DNA from: Microcystaceae cyanobacterium
GTDB lineage: Bacteria; Cyanobacteriota; Cyanobacteriia; Cyanobacteriales; Microcystaceae
DNA: 40,994 nucleotides
Direction: 5' to 3'
Assembly: GCA_041746575.1 (NCBI GenBank)
Contig: JBGTGT010000024.1
Location: forward strand, 1-40,994
Below, in pieces: positions 20,286 through 29,225 of this stretch. The notes below the pieces were generated by a model. That model was given only the letters and a program-made list of their open reading frames with translations. It searched no databases and was not told the DNA's origin. The position numbers and the translations under genes were made by a program. Positions within the stretch are counted from its first letter, which is position 1, and every line of letters starts with the position of its first letter.

Positions 20286-22250
20286 TTAGAAGTTGAAAGT
20301 ACCGCGGAGTGTACCAATCCACTCGTCGTCGGAGTTAAAGAATTGGTCAGGGTTGGAAATCCAGATCACACCGGGGGTTAAAGAGATATTGTCGGTGACT
20401 TGGTATTTGTAGAACAATTCAACGTGAATCGGAATCGAACGGCTTAAGGGTTGATCAGAGCCTAAGGCGCCGGCAAGGTTATAACCACCAAAATAGGGTT
20501 GCGCACCACCAAAGAGCCCTAAGGTGCTTCCTTCTTTGAGGAAGTCAGGGATGGCAATACCACCACCATAAGTCCAGATGTCACCGTCACCTGTATTTAA
20601 CAGAATAACATCGGTATAGGTTACATAACCGCTGATGCTGGCAAAATCGAAGAGGTTAAAGGCAACTTCTGCGCCATAGCTATTGGTAACCTTCCCATTA
20701 AAGTTATTAATGAAGTTAGAGGTGGGTTGAGCGTTAAATGCGTCTGAAGCAGGAAATTCAATCGTTTCTCCCGGTACATCCGTGTTTACAACAAACGATC
20801 CTTGGTTGAAGGCATTCGAGAAACCGGTTGTGGACAAGTTCGCTGCCGTTGTTCCCACTAAACCCGTGCTATTGGTTGCACCCGAACCGAAAATCGCACT
20901 GTCTGCACTGTGGTAAGCATGAACGTAAGTGAAGCCAATGTTAACGATATCAAAGAGGTTAGTATTCAATTGACCTAACGCACCATAGTTACCATTAAAT
21001 AAACCAGCTCCTTGAGAGGGATCAGCCGCCGTACCCGATAAGTAACCAGCTGTGAAGGAGGAAGGTCCTAAAATGTTTTCAAGGAATCCTAATTGTAAGC
21101 TGAAGCCAGCCCCAGCACCACCGCCAATACGGTAGATGGGGTTACGTTGAGCGAAGGTACTTAACGAACCATTACCGCCGTCGTAGTCTTCAAAGTAGGG
21201 GTTGAGGGTGGGGGTGAAGTCATCCCACAAACCGCCGAAACCGGCGACATAGGTCTGAAGCTTCAACCATTCGGTGAATTCGATGGGAGTGTAGTAGGCT
21301 AACCAGTCAATGATGACGTCATTACCCGTTTGGGTATTCTGCCACGTTTGCAAGGTCAGTGGGAGAGTAGAGGAACCGGGAACAAACCAGCCATTAGTGC
21401 CAATCGATTGTCCCTCTTCATTTTCAGTGAAGAAGGTCGCTGGGACTTCTTCAGGTCCTGTGGTGAAGGGAACAGCATTGCCGGCCGCTAAACGAGTAAC
21501 TAAACGGTCAGAGCCAGTGAAACTGGTATTAAAGTTTAAACGAACCCGATCTTGGAATACGAACTGGTTATTATTGCCCCCAAAAGAGCCGGTCGCTCCA
21601 AAGATTACTTCCCCAGCTAGTTTAGTGGTGGTGGAAAATGTATGATCTTCTAAGAAAGCCACGCGACCTTCAAGGTTATCAACCCGTGCGCCTAAAGCGG
21701 CGAGTTCGGCTTGATATTCTTCCATTAAGCGTTTCAGTTTATCAATATCTTCTTGAAGTACCGCTACGTTTTCTTGGATTAAACGCTCCATCACGTTCAT
21801 ACAAGCGTTTAAACCGGCGGCAAATTCCCAACGGGTTAAGGCGCGGTTGCCACGGAAGGTTCGATCCGGATAACCGACGATACAGCCGTAACGTTCAACC
21901 AAACTGCGTAAGGCTTCATACGCCCAAGCGGTAGGTTCAACGTCGCGAAGTTCGTTGACGCTGGTGACTTGCTCAATGCTCGCATCTTGTCCTTCGCTAC
22001 CATAGGAGTCGATTTGATTGAGAATATCAGCGTCTTCAGTGGTCTGAAGTTGAGCAATTTCTGGGTTGCTTGCGTCGAATGCAAAGTCTTCAGTGGTCTG
22101 AAGTTGAGCAATTTCTGGGTTGCTTGCGTCGAATGCAAAGTTTTCTGCCTGTGCGGTTACCTCAACGGCACGAGCAGCAGGAGCGATCGCCAAGGCGATT
22201 CCTAACAAGGCTGGACTGACTAATAAGGACTTACAAAGTAAGTTTTTCAT
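20286..22250 (-). CDS. SomA/B-type SLH-domain outer-membrane porin (OprB/iron-uptake porin family)
   Basis: Signal peptide, SLH (DVEPTAWAYEALRSLVERYGCIVGYPD...TRWEFAAGL), coiled coil, FSTTTKL-GE and a beta-barrel ending in Phe. Confidence 0.93.
   Translation of the reverse strand: MKNLLCKSLLVSPALLGIALAIAPAARAVEVTAQAENFAFDASNPEIAQLQTTEDFAFDASNPEIAQLQTTEDADILNQIDSYGSEGQDASIEQVTSVNELRDVEPTAWAYEALRSLVERYGCIVGYPDRTFRGNRALTRWEFAAGLNACMNVMERLIQENVAVLQEDIDKLKRLMEEYQAELAALGARVDNLEGRVAFLEDHTFSTTTKLAGEVIFGATGSFGGNNNQFVFQDRVRLNFNTSFTGSDRLVTRLAAGNAVPFTTGPEEVPATFFTENEEGQSIGTNGWFVPGSSTLPLTLQTWQNTQTGNDVIIDWLAYYTPIEFTEWLKLQTYVAGFGGLWDDFTPTLNPYFEDYDGGNGSLSTFAQRNPIYRIGGGAGAGFSLQLGFLENILGPSSFTAGYLSGTAADPSQGAGLFNGNYGALGQLNTNLFDIVNIGFTYVHAYHSADSAIFGSGATNSTGLVGTTAANLSTTGFSNAFNQGSFVVNTDVPGETIEFPASDAFNAQPTSNFINNFNGKVTNSYGAEVAFNLFDFASISGYVTYTDVILLNTGDGDIWTYGGGIAIPDFLKEGSTLGLFGGAQPYFGGYNLAGALGSDQPLSRSIPIHVELFYKYQVTDNISLTPGVIWISNPDQFFNSDDEWIGTLRGTFNF
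22032..22139. repeat. Perfect 54-bp tandem duplication in the porin N-terminus
   Basis: 22032-22085 is identical to 22086-22139 and encodes FAFDASNPEIAQLQTTED twice. Confidence 0.97.
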
Positions 22251-22256
22251 GTTTTT

Positions 22257-22267
22257 TCCTCACACCA
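22257..22267 (-). promoter_or_regulatory. Putative Yfr1 sRNA target site overlapping the porin RBS
   Basis: The mRNA reads UGGUGUGAGGA-AAAAAC-AUG, complementary to the conserved Yfr1 motif (AC)UCCUCACAC. Confidence 0.7.
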
Positions 22268-22475
22268 TATTCATAGAGGGACTATCTTAACGATAGTTTC
22301 ATTCTTCACACCATTATACACTGGAAAATAAAATCGTGAGATATATAATTTTTTTTTAGGGATCGGGGTAAATCTGTTTAAGTTTTTCGATGATTTGAGC
22401 GAGAAAATGGATTTTGGATGGCATAAATGAAGAAGGGCTTGCCCCAATAAAAAGCTCATTTCCCGAAAAATTCCC

Positions 22476-22716
22476 TAAAAACTATCCGCTCCTGCGAACA
22501 ATGCCCTTCGAGAACATTTGTTACAGGAGCGGTCTAGACGGGTCTTCGCTAATCACAACCTGACTGCCGGAAGAAGCGCTAATTTGATGATTTTGTCCGA
22601 GACAAGTCACTTGTTTAGCGAATGGCTCCGGCACACAGCCGGCTGTTGTTGATTAGGAGACCCATGATTTTACTACTATCACTCACGGGCATCACCTCCT
22701 TATTTGCCTAAACGGT
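22476..22716 (-). ncRNA. Structured ~240-nt transcript (sRNA or microprotein mRNA) ending in a terminator hairpin
   Basis: Long-range complementarity 22645-22663 with 22540-22559, hairpin CCGGC-TGTGT-GCCGG and terminator stem 22486-22532 followed by a U-run. The ends are inferred. Confidence 0.6.
22615..22686 (-). CDS. Candidate 23-aa microprotein MSDSSKIMGLLINNSRLCAGAIR
   Basis: Perfect SD TAAGGAGGTGA (22692-22702) 5 nt before GTG 22686. Stop TAA at 22615-22617. Confidence 0.5.
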   Translation of the reverse strand: MSDSSKIMGLLINNSRLCAGAIR

Positions 22717-22745
22717 CTATCATTTTTAAAGTTTCTCCAAAAAGC

Positions 22746-24143
22746 TTAACGTAGTTTTTCGGAAAAAGCAAGACAAGCTCGATAAAATTTTTCGGCGATC
22801 GCTGAAATTCTGCCAAACTGAAGGTGTAAATAGGAAGCAAACAGGCGTTGTATTTGCCATCCATCGGCAGTCAATTGGGTTTGCGCCGAGAGTCCTTTTA
22901 ATTGAAAAACGGGGTGAGAGGGTAAATGGGTAAGAAAAGAACGATGAAATTCGTGACCCCAGAGAGATTCAGTCGCACAAATTAGCCAATTTTCTTGAAT
23001 ATTTGTCATTTTACGATAGCCCAGCGTTAATTTTTGCCCCATAATCGCCTTGGTGGGAATAATTTCTATCATAGGGTAAAAGCGATCTTGGAAATCAACA
23101 ATTCCTTGACTAAGATACATCAATCCCCCGCATTCGGCATAAGTTGGCATTCCTGCTTGAATACGTTGGCGAATTTCTTGAATAAGAAAGGTATTTGCGC
23201 TCAAATCTGCGGCGAAGACTTCAGGGAAGCCACCTCCCAAGATTAACCCCCTACTGCCTCTCGGTAACTGAGTATCTTGTAAAGGACTAAAAAAAGCTAA
23301 ATCTGCCCCTAATAATTGTAATAATTCTAAATTCTCTGGATAGTAAAAATTAAACGCTCGATCACGAGCAATGGCAATTTTAATCGGCTGAGGAGATAGG
23401 GAAACGATTGGGAAATTTTGGGGTTGAACGTTGCCCCCCCCCGATGGAGGGGATAGCAAGGGGTAAAGATCATCCCAATTAAAAGATCTTTTGGCAAAAT
23501 GTGCCAATTTATCAAGAAAATGAGACAAATGAGGGATTTCATCGGTGGGAACTAATCCTAAATGGCGATTAGCCATCACGAAGTCATCTTGACGGCGAAA
23601 TACACCTAAAATAGGCATTTGAATTTGATTCAACCCATCCGTTAATAATTCTAAATGGCGATCGCTACCTACTCGATTCAGGATCACCCCTGCTAAGTCA
23701 ATCTGAGGGTCGAAGGTGCGATAACCAGAAGCAATGGCGGCAACAGAACGGGATAAATGGCGACAATCAAGCACTAAAACCACAGGAATCTTAAGAATGC
23801 GGGCAATGTGAGCAGTACTGGCGTAATCCTTAACCCAATCTTGATCGCTCGGTTGAAAATGAACGCCATCAAATAACCCCATCACGCCTTCTATTAGGAC
23901 ATAGTCCATCCCTTGGCAATAATTAGCAAAACGCCATTTGACATCCGTTTCTGAGGTGAGAAGGGGGTCAAGATTGCGACAGGGACGACGGGTGATGACA
24001 GTATGAAACATCGGATCGATATAATCAGGGCCGACCTTAAAAGATTGAACTTTATCACTTCTTTGACTTAAAACAGAAAGGAGAGCTAAGGTAATGGTGG
24101 TTTTTCCGCTCCCGCTTCGTTCACCTGCGATAATTAAAGCCAT
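22746..24143 (-). CDS. cobB: Cobyrinate a,c-diamide synthase (CobB/CbiA)
   Basis: SGSGKTT, FKVGPDYIDP, EGVMGLFDG, RHLGL, AFNFYY, AECGGLMYL and GHEFH motifs. Confidence 0.95.
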   Translation of the reverse strand: MALIIAGERSGSGKTTITLALLSVLSQRSDKVQSFKVGPDYIDPMFHTVITRRPCRNLDPLLTSETDVKWRFANYCQGMDYVLIEGVMGLFDGVHFQPSDQDWVKDYASTAHIARILKIPVVLVLDCRHLSRSVAAIASGYRTFDPQIDLAGVILNRVGSDRHLELLTDGLNQIQMPILGVFRRQDDFVMANRHLGLVPTDEIPHLSHFLDKLAHFAKRSFNWDDLYPLLSPPSGGGNVQPQNFPIVSLSPQPIKIAIARDRAFNFYYPENLELLQLLGADLAFFSPLQDTQLPRGSRGLILGGGFPEVFAADLSANTFLIQEIRQRIQAGMPTYAECGGLMYLSQGIVDFQDRFYPMIEIIPTKAIMGQKLTLGYRKMTNIQENWLICATESLWGHEFHRSFLTHLPSHPVFQLKGLSAQTQLTADGWQIQRLFASYLHLQFGRISAIAEKFYRACLAFSEKLR

Positions 24144-24242
24144 TATTATTCACTCTATTAGCATGAGTTGACATTCATCCTTTTTGTTCACCCGTTAGCA
24201 GGAAGGGATCGGGGTAATTATTTATTTAGTATATAAAAGTAT

Positions 24243-24304
24243 AGCAAACAGGGATTTTTCAACCAAGCATTACCCCTTTTCCGTGAGTGGAGAAGGGGAT
24301 TTTT
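24243..24304 (+). ncRNA. Candidate sRNA, copy 1 (~60 nt)
   Basis: Conserved core, then stem CCCCUUUUCC/GGAGAAGGGG (24273-24298) and a U-tract. Confidence 0.55.
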
Positions 24305-24390
24305 ATCGGAACTTTTAGTCACTAAACGTTCTTATGGTTCACCCAAAAGCAGGACGCATAAGGAATCATTATTCATCTAATATAATTTCT

Positions 24391-24452
24391 AGCAAACAGG
24401 GATTTTTCAACCAAGAATACGTCCTCACTTTTTTTAAGGGGGGCGTTTTTTT
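24391..24452 (+). ncRNA. Candidate sRNA, copy 2 (~60 nt)
   Basis: TAATAT/TATAAT at 24378-24386, conserved core, stem ACGUCCUC-A-CUU/AAG-GGGGGCGU (24419-24446) and U7. Confidence 0.55.
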
Positions 24453-24582
24453 ATGTTCAACAGAAAGATAAAAATGAACTTAAAATGCGGGAAATCTCTG
24501 AGTTATAGAAGGTCAAAATACGAACTCGTTAATTCTTCACTTTAGAGTTAATGATTATCGTTTATTTATTTGATTAGCTTCC

Positions 24583-26235
24583 TTAGTGTTGAGAATAAAG
24601 GTCAATCCTTTGGTCTTGAGTTTGATGTAGTTTTCGGGTTTCTTCGAGAAGCTCTTCTACTTCTTCTTGAGAAAGTTTCTGAATATAGTTCACTTTGATT
24701 TCCTCAAGTAAAGCCATTAACAAATACTCTAATTTATCTACGCTATCCTGTGCTTTTAACTCTTTACCCACAGAGCGATTGAAACTTTCAGAGAGTTTAT
24801 TGACTAATTGATTAAAAGTCGGATCTTCTCGTGTCACATTTTCTAAAATTTTACAAAAAGTAGCATAAAGTTGGCTACTTAATTGCTCCGTGAGTTGGGT
24901 TTCTAAGGATTTAACCCCCGGTAATCGTTGTAATCCATTATAAGCAGGCGTCTGTGTCAGTGCTTTATTTAGATTGTATCGCACAAAGGTTTCTGCTTCG
25001 GGACGAATATCGGGTAACACTTTATGAACAATGAGATCAGTAATTAGTTTAATTATTTCAGTAAGTTCATGAATATTATTAAGATCGATATAAGACTTTT
25101 TTGAAGACTGACGAAAGAAGTCCTTCACAAAACCCCTTTTAATGGCTTCTTGAAGTTGGCTAATAACTCGTAAAACGACAATTTCGGTCATATCACCTGC
25201 AATGGTGGCGACGAATCCTTGACTGATTTGTCGTTCAATGGGTCTTAGACTGATTAATTCTGCTTGATTTAACCGAATAATTAAAGGAACTATTCGTAAC
25301 CAGCGAAGAAAGGGAAGAAAGAGAAAAATATCATACCAACGCCATAGCATCGCATCAAACCATTTAATATTGGTATAGCGACGACTGATCAACCAAGTTC
25401 GTCCTAAAAATTCTAAAAAGAAAAGGACACCAAAGGGAAAATCAATCGCTCCAAAATTGTCAACAGGAAGGTTATTTTCGCCAATAGGTCTAAAATAATT
25501 GGTTTGAATTAAAGGAGAAATGGTTTGATTAAAAAATTTCAGATCATTGACATAACTGATAAAGCCTTCTCTAAAGAGAAACTCTTTGCTCCAAAATCGC
25601 CTCAAGGCCTCTTTTGGGGAATGATTAGAATCTTGTTTACCAAAAATATAGGTGGTCATTTCATTTTTGATTTTTTCTAGTGTTCCTGTTTTACCAGCTA
25701 CCTGAAAAGGATTAGTATCAATTATCTCGATGCTATCAGCACGGAGTCTTGCGAGTAAACGATCAAGTTCTGTTTGTTGTTGGGCAAAAGACGGGGAAGT
25801 AGTAGGTGATTTTAAAGAGGGTTGCACAAATTCTTGATTGATTCCTTGGACTTCTTTTTCTAAACGGCTAACGAGATTAAGATATTCTTGGGTACTACGA
25901 TAGGGAGCAATGCCTTTAACCGGATCATAAGTATTGGTGATCCAGCGACTGAGTTTAGAGGGAATGATTTTAATCGGATGTTTAGGGGGAAATTGGATTT
26001 CAATTTGATCAAGTTTAAAGAAGAGGAAATTAACAGGTCGATGTAATTGCACAAAAATGAGCTGAAATTTGCCCTGTAGCCAAAAATCCCGTAGGGGAAT
26101 GTAAGTCAAGTTGAAAATCACTAAAATAACGTTAAAAAGGATAATAAAGACCATAACCCTTTCGTACCAGAGATGGAAGCCAGATTTTATAGATTTTTTG
26201 CGGGATTTAAGAGGGGCAATCGTCATAATACTCAA
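24583..26235 (-). CDS. Hypothetical membrane protein
   Basis: 550-aa ORF with TM segments near the N-terminus and mid-protein (LWRWYDIFLFLPFLRWLRIVP) and a helical C-terminus. Confidence 0.8.
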   Translation of the reverse strand: MSIMTIAPLKSRKKSIKSGFHLWYERVMVFIILFNVILVIFNLTYIPLRDFWLQGKFQLIFVQLHRPVNFLFFKLDQIEIQFPPKHPIKIIPSKLSRWITNTYDPVKGIAPYRSTQEYLNLVSRLEKEVQGINQEFVQPSLKSPTTSPSFAQQQTELDRLLARLRADSIEIIDTNPFQVAGKTGTLEKIKNEMTTYIFGKQDSNHSPKEALRRFWSKEFLFREGFISYVNDLKFFNQTISPLIQTNYFRPIGENNLPVDNFGAIDFPFGVLFFLEFLGRTWLISRRYTNIKWFDAMLWRWYDIFLFLPFLRWLRIVPLIIRLNQAELISLRPIERQISQGFVATIAGDMTEIVVLRVISQLQEAIKRGFVKDFFRQSSKKSYIDLNNIHELTEIIKLITDLIVHKVLPDIRPEAETFVRYNLNKALTQTPAYNGLQRLPGVKSLETQLTEQLSSQLYATFCKILENVTREDPTFNQLVNKLSESFNRSVGKELKAQDSVDKLEYLLMALLEEIKVNYIQKLSQEEVEELLEETRKLHQTQDQRIDLYSQH

Positions 26236-26440
26236 AGAATAAGACTCGTTTTAAGAATATCACTTAGAGACGGGAAACAGGGAATAGTGAATAGGCAATA
26301 GAATACAGAATTTGGCAAAAGTTTAATCAGACGGATCGGGTTTAAGTCCACCCTTTTTATTTTCTTATGAGTTGCCATCTGTCCCTTCAAACGGTAATCT
26401 CTAATCAGTCCGTTAAGTTTTATTGACACAAGTAACGAAT

Positions 26441-26986
26441 ATGAAACAACGTGGTGTAACGATCTGGTTAACTGGCCTTAGTGGCGCAGGAAAAACAACC
26501 ATCACTCAAGCGTTAGCGCAAAAACTCAGAGATCACAATTACAGCATCGAAATCTTAGATGGTGATATTGTTCGCACCAACCTAACGAAAGGATTAGGCT
26601 TCAGCAAAGAAGATCGCGACGAAAACATTCGCCGTATCGGGTTTGTCTCCCATTTACTGACTCGCAATGGTGTAATCGTTCTGGTGTCTGCTATTTCTCC
26701 CTATCGGGAAATTCGAGAAGAAGTCAAGCAGAAAATCGGTGATTTCGTGGAAGTGTTTGTTAATGCTCCTTTGAATGTCTGCGAGGATAGAGATGTCAAA
26801 GGATTGTACAAACGGGCAAGAGCGGGCGAAATTAAAGCATTTACGGGAATTAGCGACCCCTATGAACCTCCCCTCAATCCTGAAGTCGAATGTCGCACTG
26901 ATCTCGAAGAATTAGAGGAAAGTGTCAATAAAGTTTGGCAAAAACTTGAAGAAATGGGATATTTGGGCGCACCTGTTGCCGCTTAA
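26441..26986 (+). CDS. cysC: Adenylyl-sulfate kinase
   Basis: WLTGLSGAGKTT, LDGD, LGFSKEDRDENIRR and RDVKGLY. Likely start is ATG 26441. Confidence 0.96.
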   Translation: MKQRGVTIWLTGLSGAGKTTITQALAQKLRDHNYSIEILDGDIVRTNLTKGLGFSKEDRDENIRRIGFVSHLLTRNGVIVLVSAISPYREIREEVKQKIGDFVEVFVNAPLNVCEDRDVKGLYKRARAGEIKAFTGISDPYEPPLNPEVECRTDLEELEESVNKVWQKLEEMGYLGAPVAA

Positions 26987-27068
26987 TTCGCTGATCTTAT
27001 GTTTTTTGTTTGGGGGTGTAGGTTACAGGTACCTTATCCCTTTTATTTTGGGACAATGAATGCTGAAT

Positions 27069-29225
27069 TTAGGGGTTTATTGCTGATAATTCTGAAGGAA
27101 TCAGTAAAAAATAGAGTCCTCCGTAAGCGGCAATGAGAGCCAGCAAGAGAAACCATAAGGGATATCGTCCCCGTAGAAATTGGCCGTCTTCTGTGGTTAA
27201 ACTTTGAATATCTAGCCAAACGATTCCTCCTCGTCTTAGCCAACCTTTGACGGTGACGGTTTGATTAATCCAATCACAGGGATGTTTAACCGACGGAAAC
27301 ATTTGAGTCAACCACCCCCCCCATGCACCATAGCATAAAGGAATAAATCCTGTTGTGGTTTGTAGGATTAAATCTTGTCCTAACCAATTGCCCACCCCTC
27401 GACGGCCGAGTAATTTACCTTGTAGCGCAACGGTCTTACTTTTAGAGGGAACAGCCTCAACTATGCTTAGAAAATCGGGTAATAAGATCTCTTCTTGGAG
27501 CTTAGAGCTTTTCAATTCGGGAAAATAGGCATTAATTCGAGAAATTAAGCTAATACTGAAACTGATTAACACTAAAGTCGGTAATAAAAATTGAAGATCA
27601 ATGCCTAAATATTTAAAGCCAAAAAAGACAAAATATAAAATAATTCCCACTAAAATGGCGCAAACTATCCCACTTTGCCAAGGAGGTAGGGCTTGATAGC
27701 TTTGTAGCGGATTCTCTTGGGGAGACAGGGCAGAATCTGGGGTATTAATGTAGAATTCTGTCGGTAGTTCATAAAATTGAGCGTATTGATTTAATTTATA
27801 AATTCTCTCGCCTAATAGAGGATGAGAATTACCCAAATTTAAGGAATGACGGCAAGGGTTTGACCAATCCCAACGCCAAGCGGCTTCTAGATCGCTTTTT
27901 GGGGGCAGACTGCCAAAGGTGAGGGCTTGCAGGGGAGCAACGGGAAGAAGTAAATCAAAGCCTTCTAAAATTCTGGGATTATGTTTGTGTTTTTTCAAGT
28001 TAAAGGCGTATCCCATGGCTATTTTAAGTAAACTGCGGCTTAAACCGTTGGGATTTCCGGTCAGATTGACAGCAAAGCGATCGCTATCATATACGCGTTG
28101 GCGAGATAAACTGAGAACCGGAATACGCAATAAACGATAAACGGCATAGAGTATAGTCGCTAAGCTACTGGGGAAAATAATGAGGTAATACGGCCATTTT
28201 CGAGAAGCAACTTTGATCATCTGCCAGTAACTCTCATAAAAAAACTGTAAAAGCCCTATCATTGCCGATATGAACGGAAAAACCCACTGTTGTATCTGTC
28301 CAAGTTGAGTAGCGACAAGGGTGGCAATTTCATCCTCCTCTAGTTGTCTCAATAATCCCTGACTCATAATAATTCTAGCGTTATGGGAAAAATGACCATA
28401 GCTTAGAATTAGAGGGACATCTAGGGGTAAAAGACCCAGCCTAATTTGATTTTTGCGCTTTTTTTTCTTAAAATCCTCCAATAGGGTTGCAGATTCTCTA
28501 CTGGTAAGGGCTAATTCTTCAAGGGATAAGGGCTGTAATTCGTAGGATTGTTGGAAAATTTGATCCAGTCGTTTGGGAGAGATAACCAGAAAAATCAGCC
28601 CTATACCCATAATCAGGGCAACAGAACAAGAAGGTAGCGTTAAAATCGGCAATTGGGTCAACTTAATCGTAGCAGTGAGCCACAATATGTTAATAATGCC
28701 AACGACACTGTTAAGAGTGCCGTCAATAATCAGTAATAATGCACTAATAGAAAAGAGTAATGCCACGGCTAAACCGGAGCCTGAACGGGATTTCAGGGGC
28801 TTAAAGATTTTGGCTCGCCCAGCGTTGCGCCAATGATAATTGGGGAAAATGGGAAGTTTTAACTGTTTTGGGCATAAAGAACCTGATATTTGCGACAACT
28901 CGCCACTAGAGTCTTCTCCCAATTCTTCGTCGCTCTCTTTTCTTTGTTCTAATCGGGCTAAGGCACTTTCTAGTTTAACCAGTGCTTTTTGCGCCCAAGA
29001 TTGATAGACTGGGTGGTCTAATAAATCTTGACACAGGGCGATGGCTTGGGGAATATGTCGGATTTTTCGGTACGCTTGAATTAAAGTTTTTTGAGCCTGA
29101 ATGCGCACTAATTCATCTTCGGCGGATTGATACAGTTTTTCTAATTGGGGAATGGCGGCTTCATAATCCCCATAATTATAAGCAGCGATCGCATTTTTGA
29201 GGGCGTGAACGGTTTTATCAGCCAT
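27069..29225 (-). CDS. TPR-containing M48/HtpX-like membrane protein with degenerate zinc motif
   Basis: N-terminal TPR, SQGLL--LEEDEIA, SR-R-Y-SDRFA---TGNPNGL--SLLKI and SHPLLGER. The HExxH position reads TQLGQ. Confidence 0.8.
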   Translation of the reverse strand: MADKTVHALKNAIAAYNYGDYEAAIPQLEKLYQSAEDELVRIQAQKTLIQAYRKIRHIPQAIALCQDLLDHPVYQSWAQKALVKLESALARLEQRKESDEELGEDSSGELSQISGSLCPKQLKLPIFPNYHWRNAGRAKIFKPLKSRSGSGLAVALLFSISALLLIIDGTLNSVVGIINILWLTATIKLTQLPILTLPSCSVALIMGIGLIFLVISPKRLDQIFQQSYELQPLSLEELALTSRESATLLEDFKKKKRKNQIRLGLLPLDVPLILSYGHFSHNARIIMSQGLLRQLEEDEIATLVATQLGQIQQWVFPFISAMIGLLQFFYESYWQMIKVASRKWPYYLIIFPSSLATILYAVYRLLRIPVLSLSRQRVYDSDRFAVNLTGNPNGLSRSLLKIAMGYAFNLKKHKHNPRILEGFDLLLPVAPLQALTFGSLPPKSDLEAAWRWDWSNPCRHSLNLGNSHPLLGERIYKLNQYAQFYELPTEFYINTPDSALSPQENPLQSYQALPPWQSGIVCAILVGIILYFVFFGFKYLGIDLQFLLPTLVLISFSISLISRINAYFPELKSSKLQEEILLPDFLSIVEAVPSKSKTVALQGKLLGRRGVGNWLGQDLILQTTTGFIPLCYGAWGGWLTQMFPSVKHPCDWINQTVTVKGWLRRGGIVWLDIQSLTTEDGQFLRGRYPLWFLLLALIAAYGGLYFLLIPSELSAINP

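Larger units (their letters stand above)
24186..24452 (+). repeat. Two tandem ~150-bp units, each with upstream box, -10-like hexamer, identical 26-nt core and terminator
   Basis: TAGCAAACAGGGATTTTTCAACCAAG at 24242-24267 and 24390-24415. GTTCACCC-NNN-AGCAGGA at 24186-24203 and 24337-24354. Confidence 0.9.

Noticed and set aside
22285..22322. HLR1-like repeats in the porin promoter
   Set aside because: Too many mismatches in AT-rich DNA to support by eye.
24144..24300. Cobalamin riboswitch upstream of cobB
   Set aside because: No B12-box or GGGAA...GCCACTG elements visible on the minus strand.
24242..24415. 26-bp direct repeat as a mini CRISPR array
   Set aside because: Only two copies, 122 nt apart (too long for a spacer), each followed by a terminator, and no cas genes in the window.
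26271..26304. GGGAAACAGGGAATAGTGAATAGGCAATAG as a Yfr2-type GGAAACA sRNA
   Set aside because: Single GGAAACA and no Yfr2 5' motif. It is better read as a degenerate heptamer tandem repeat (STRR-like).
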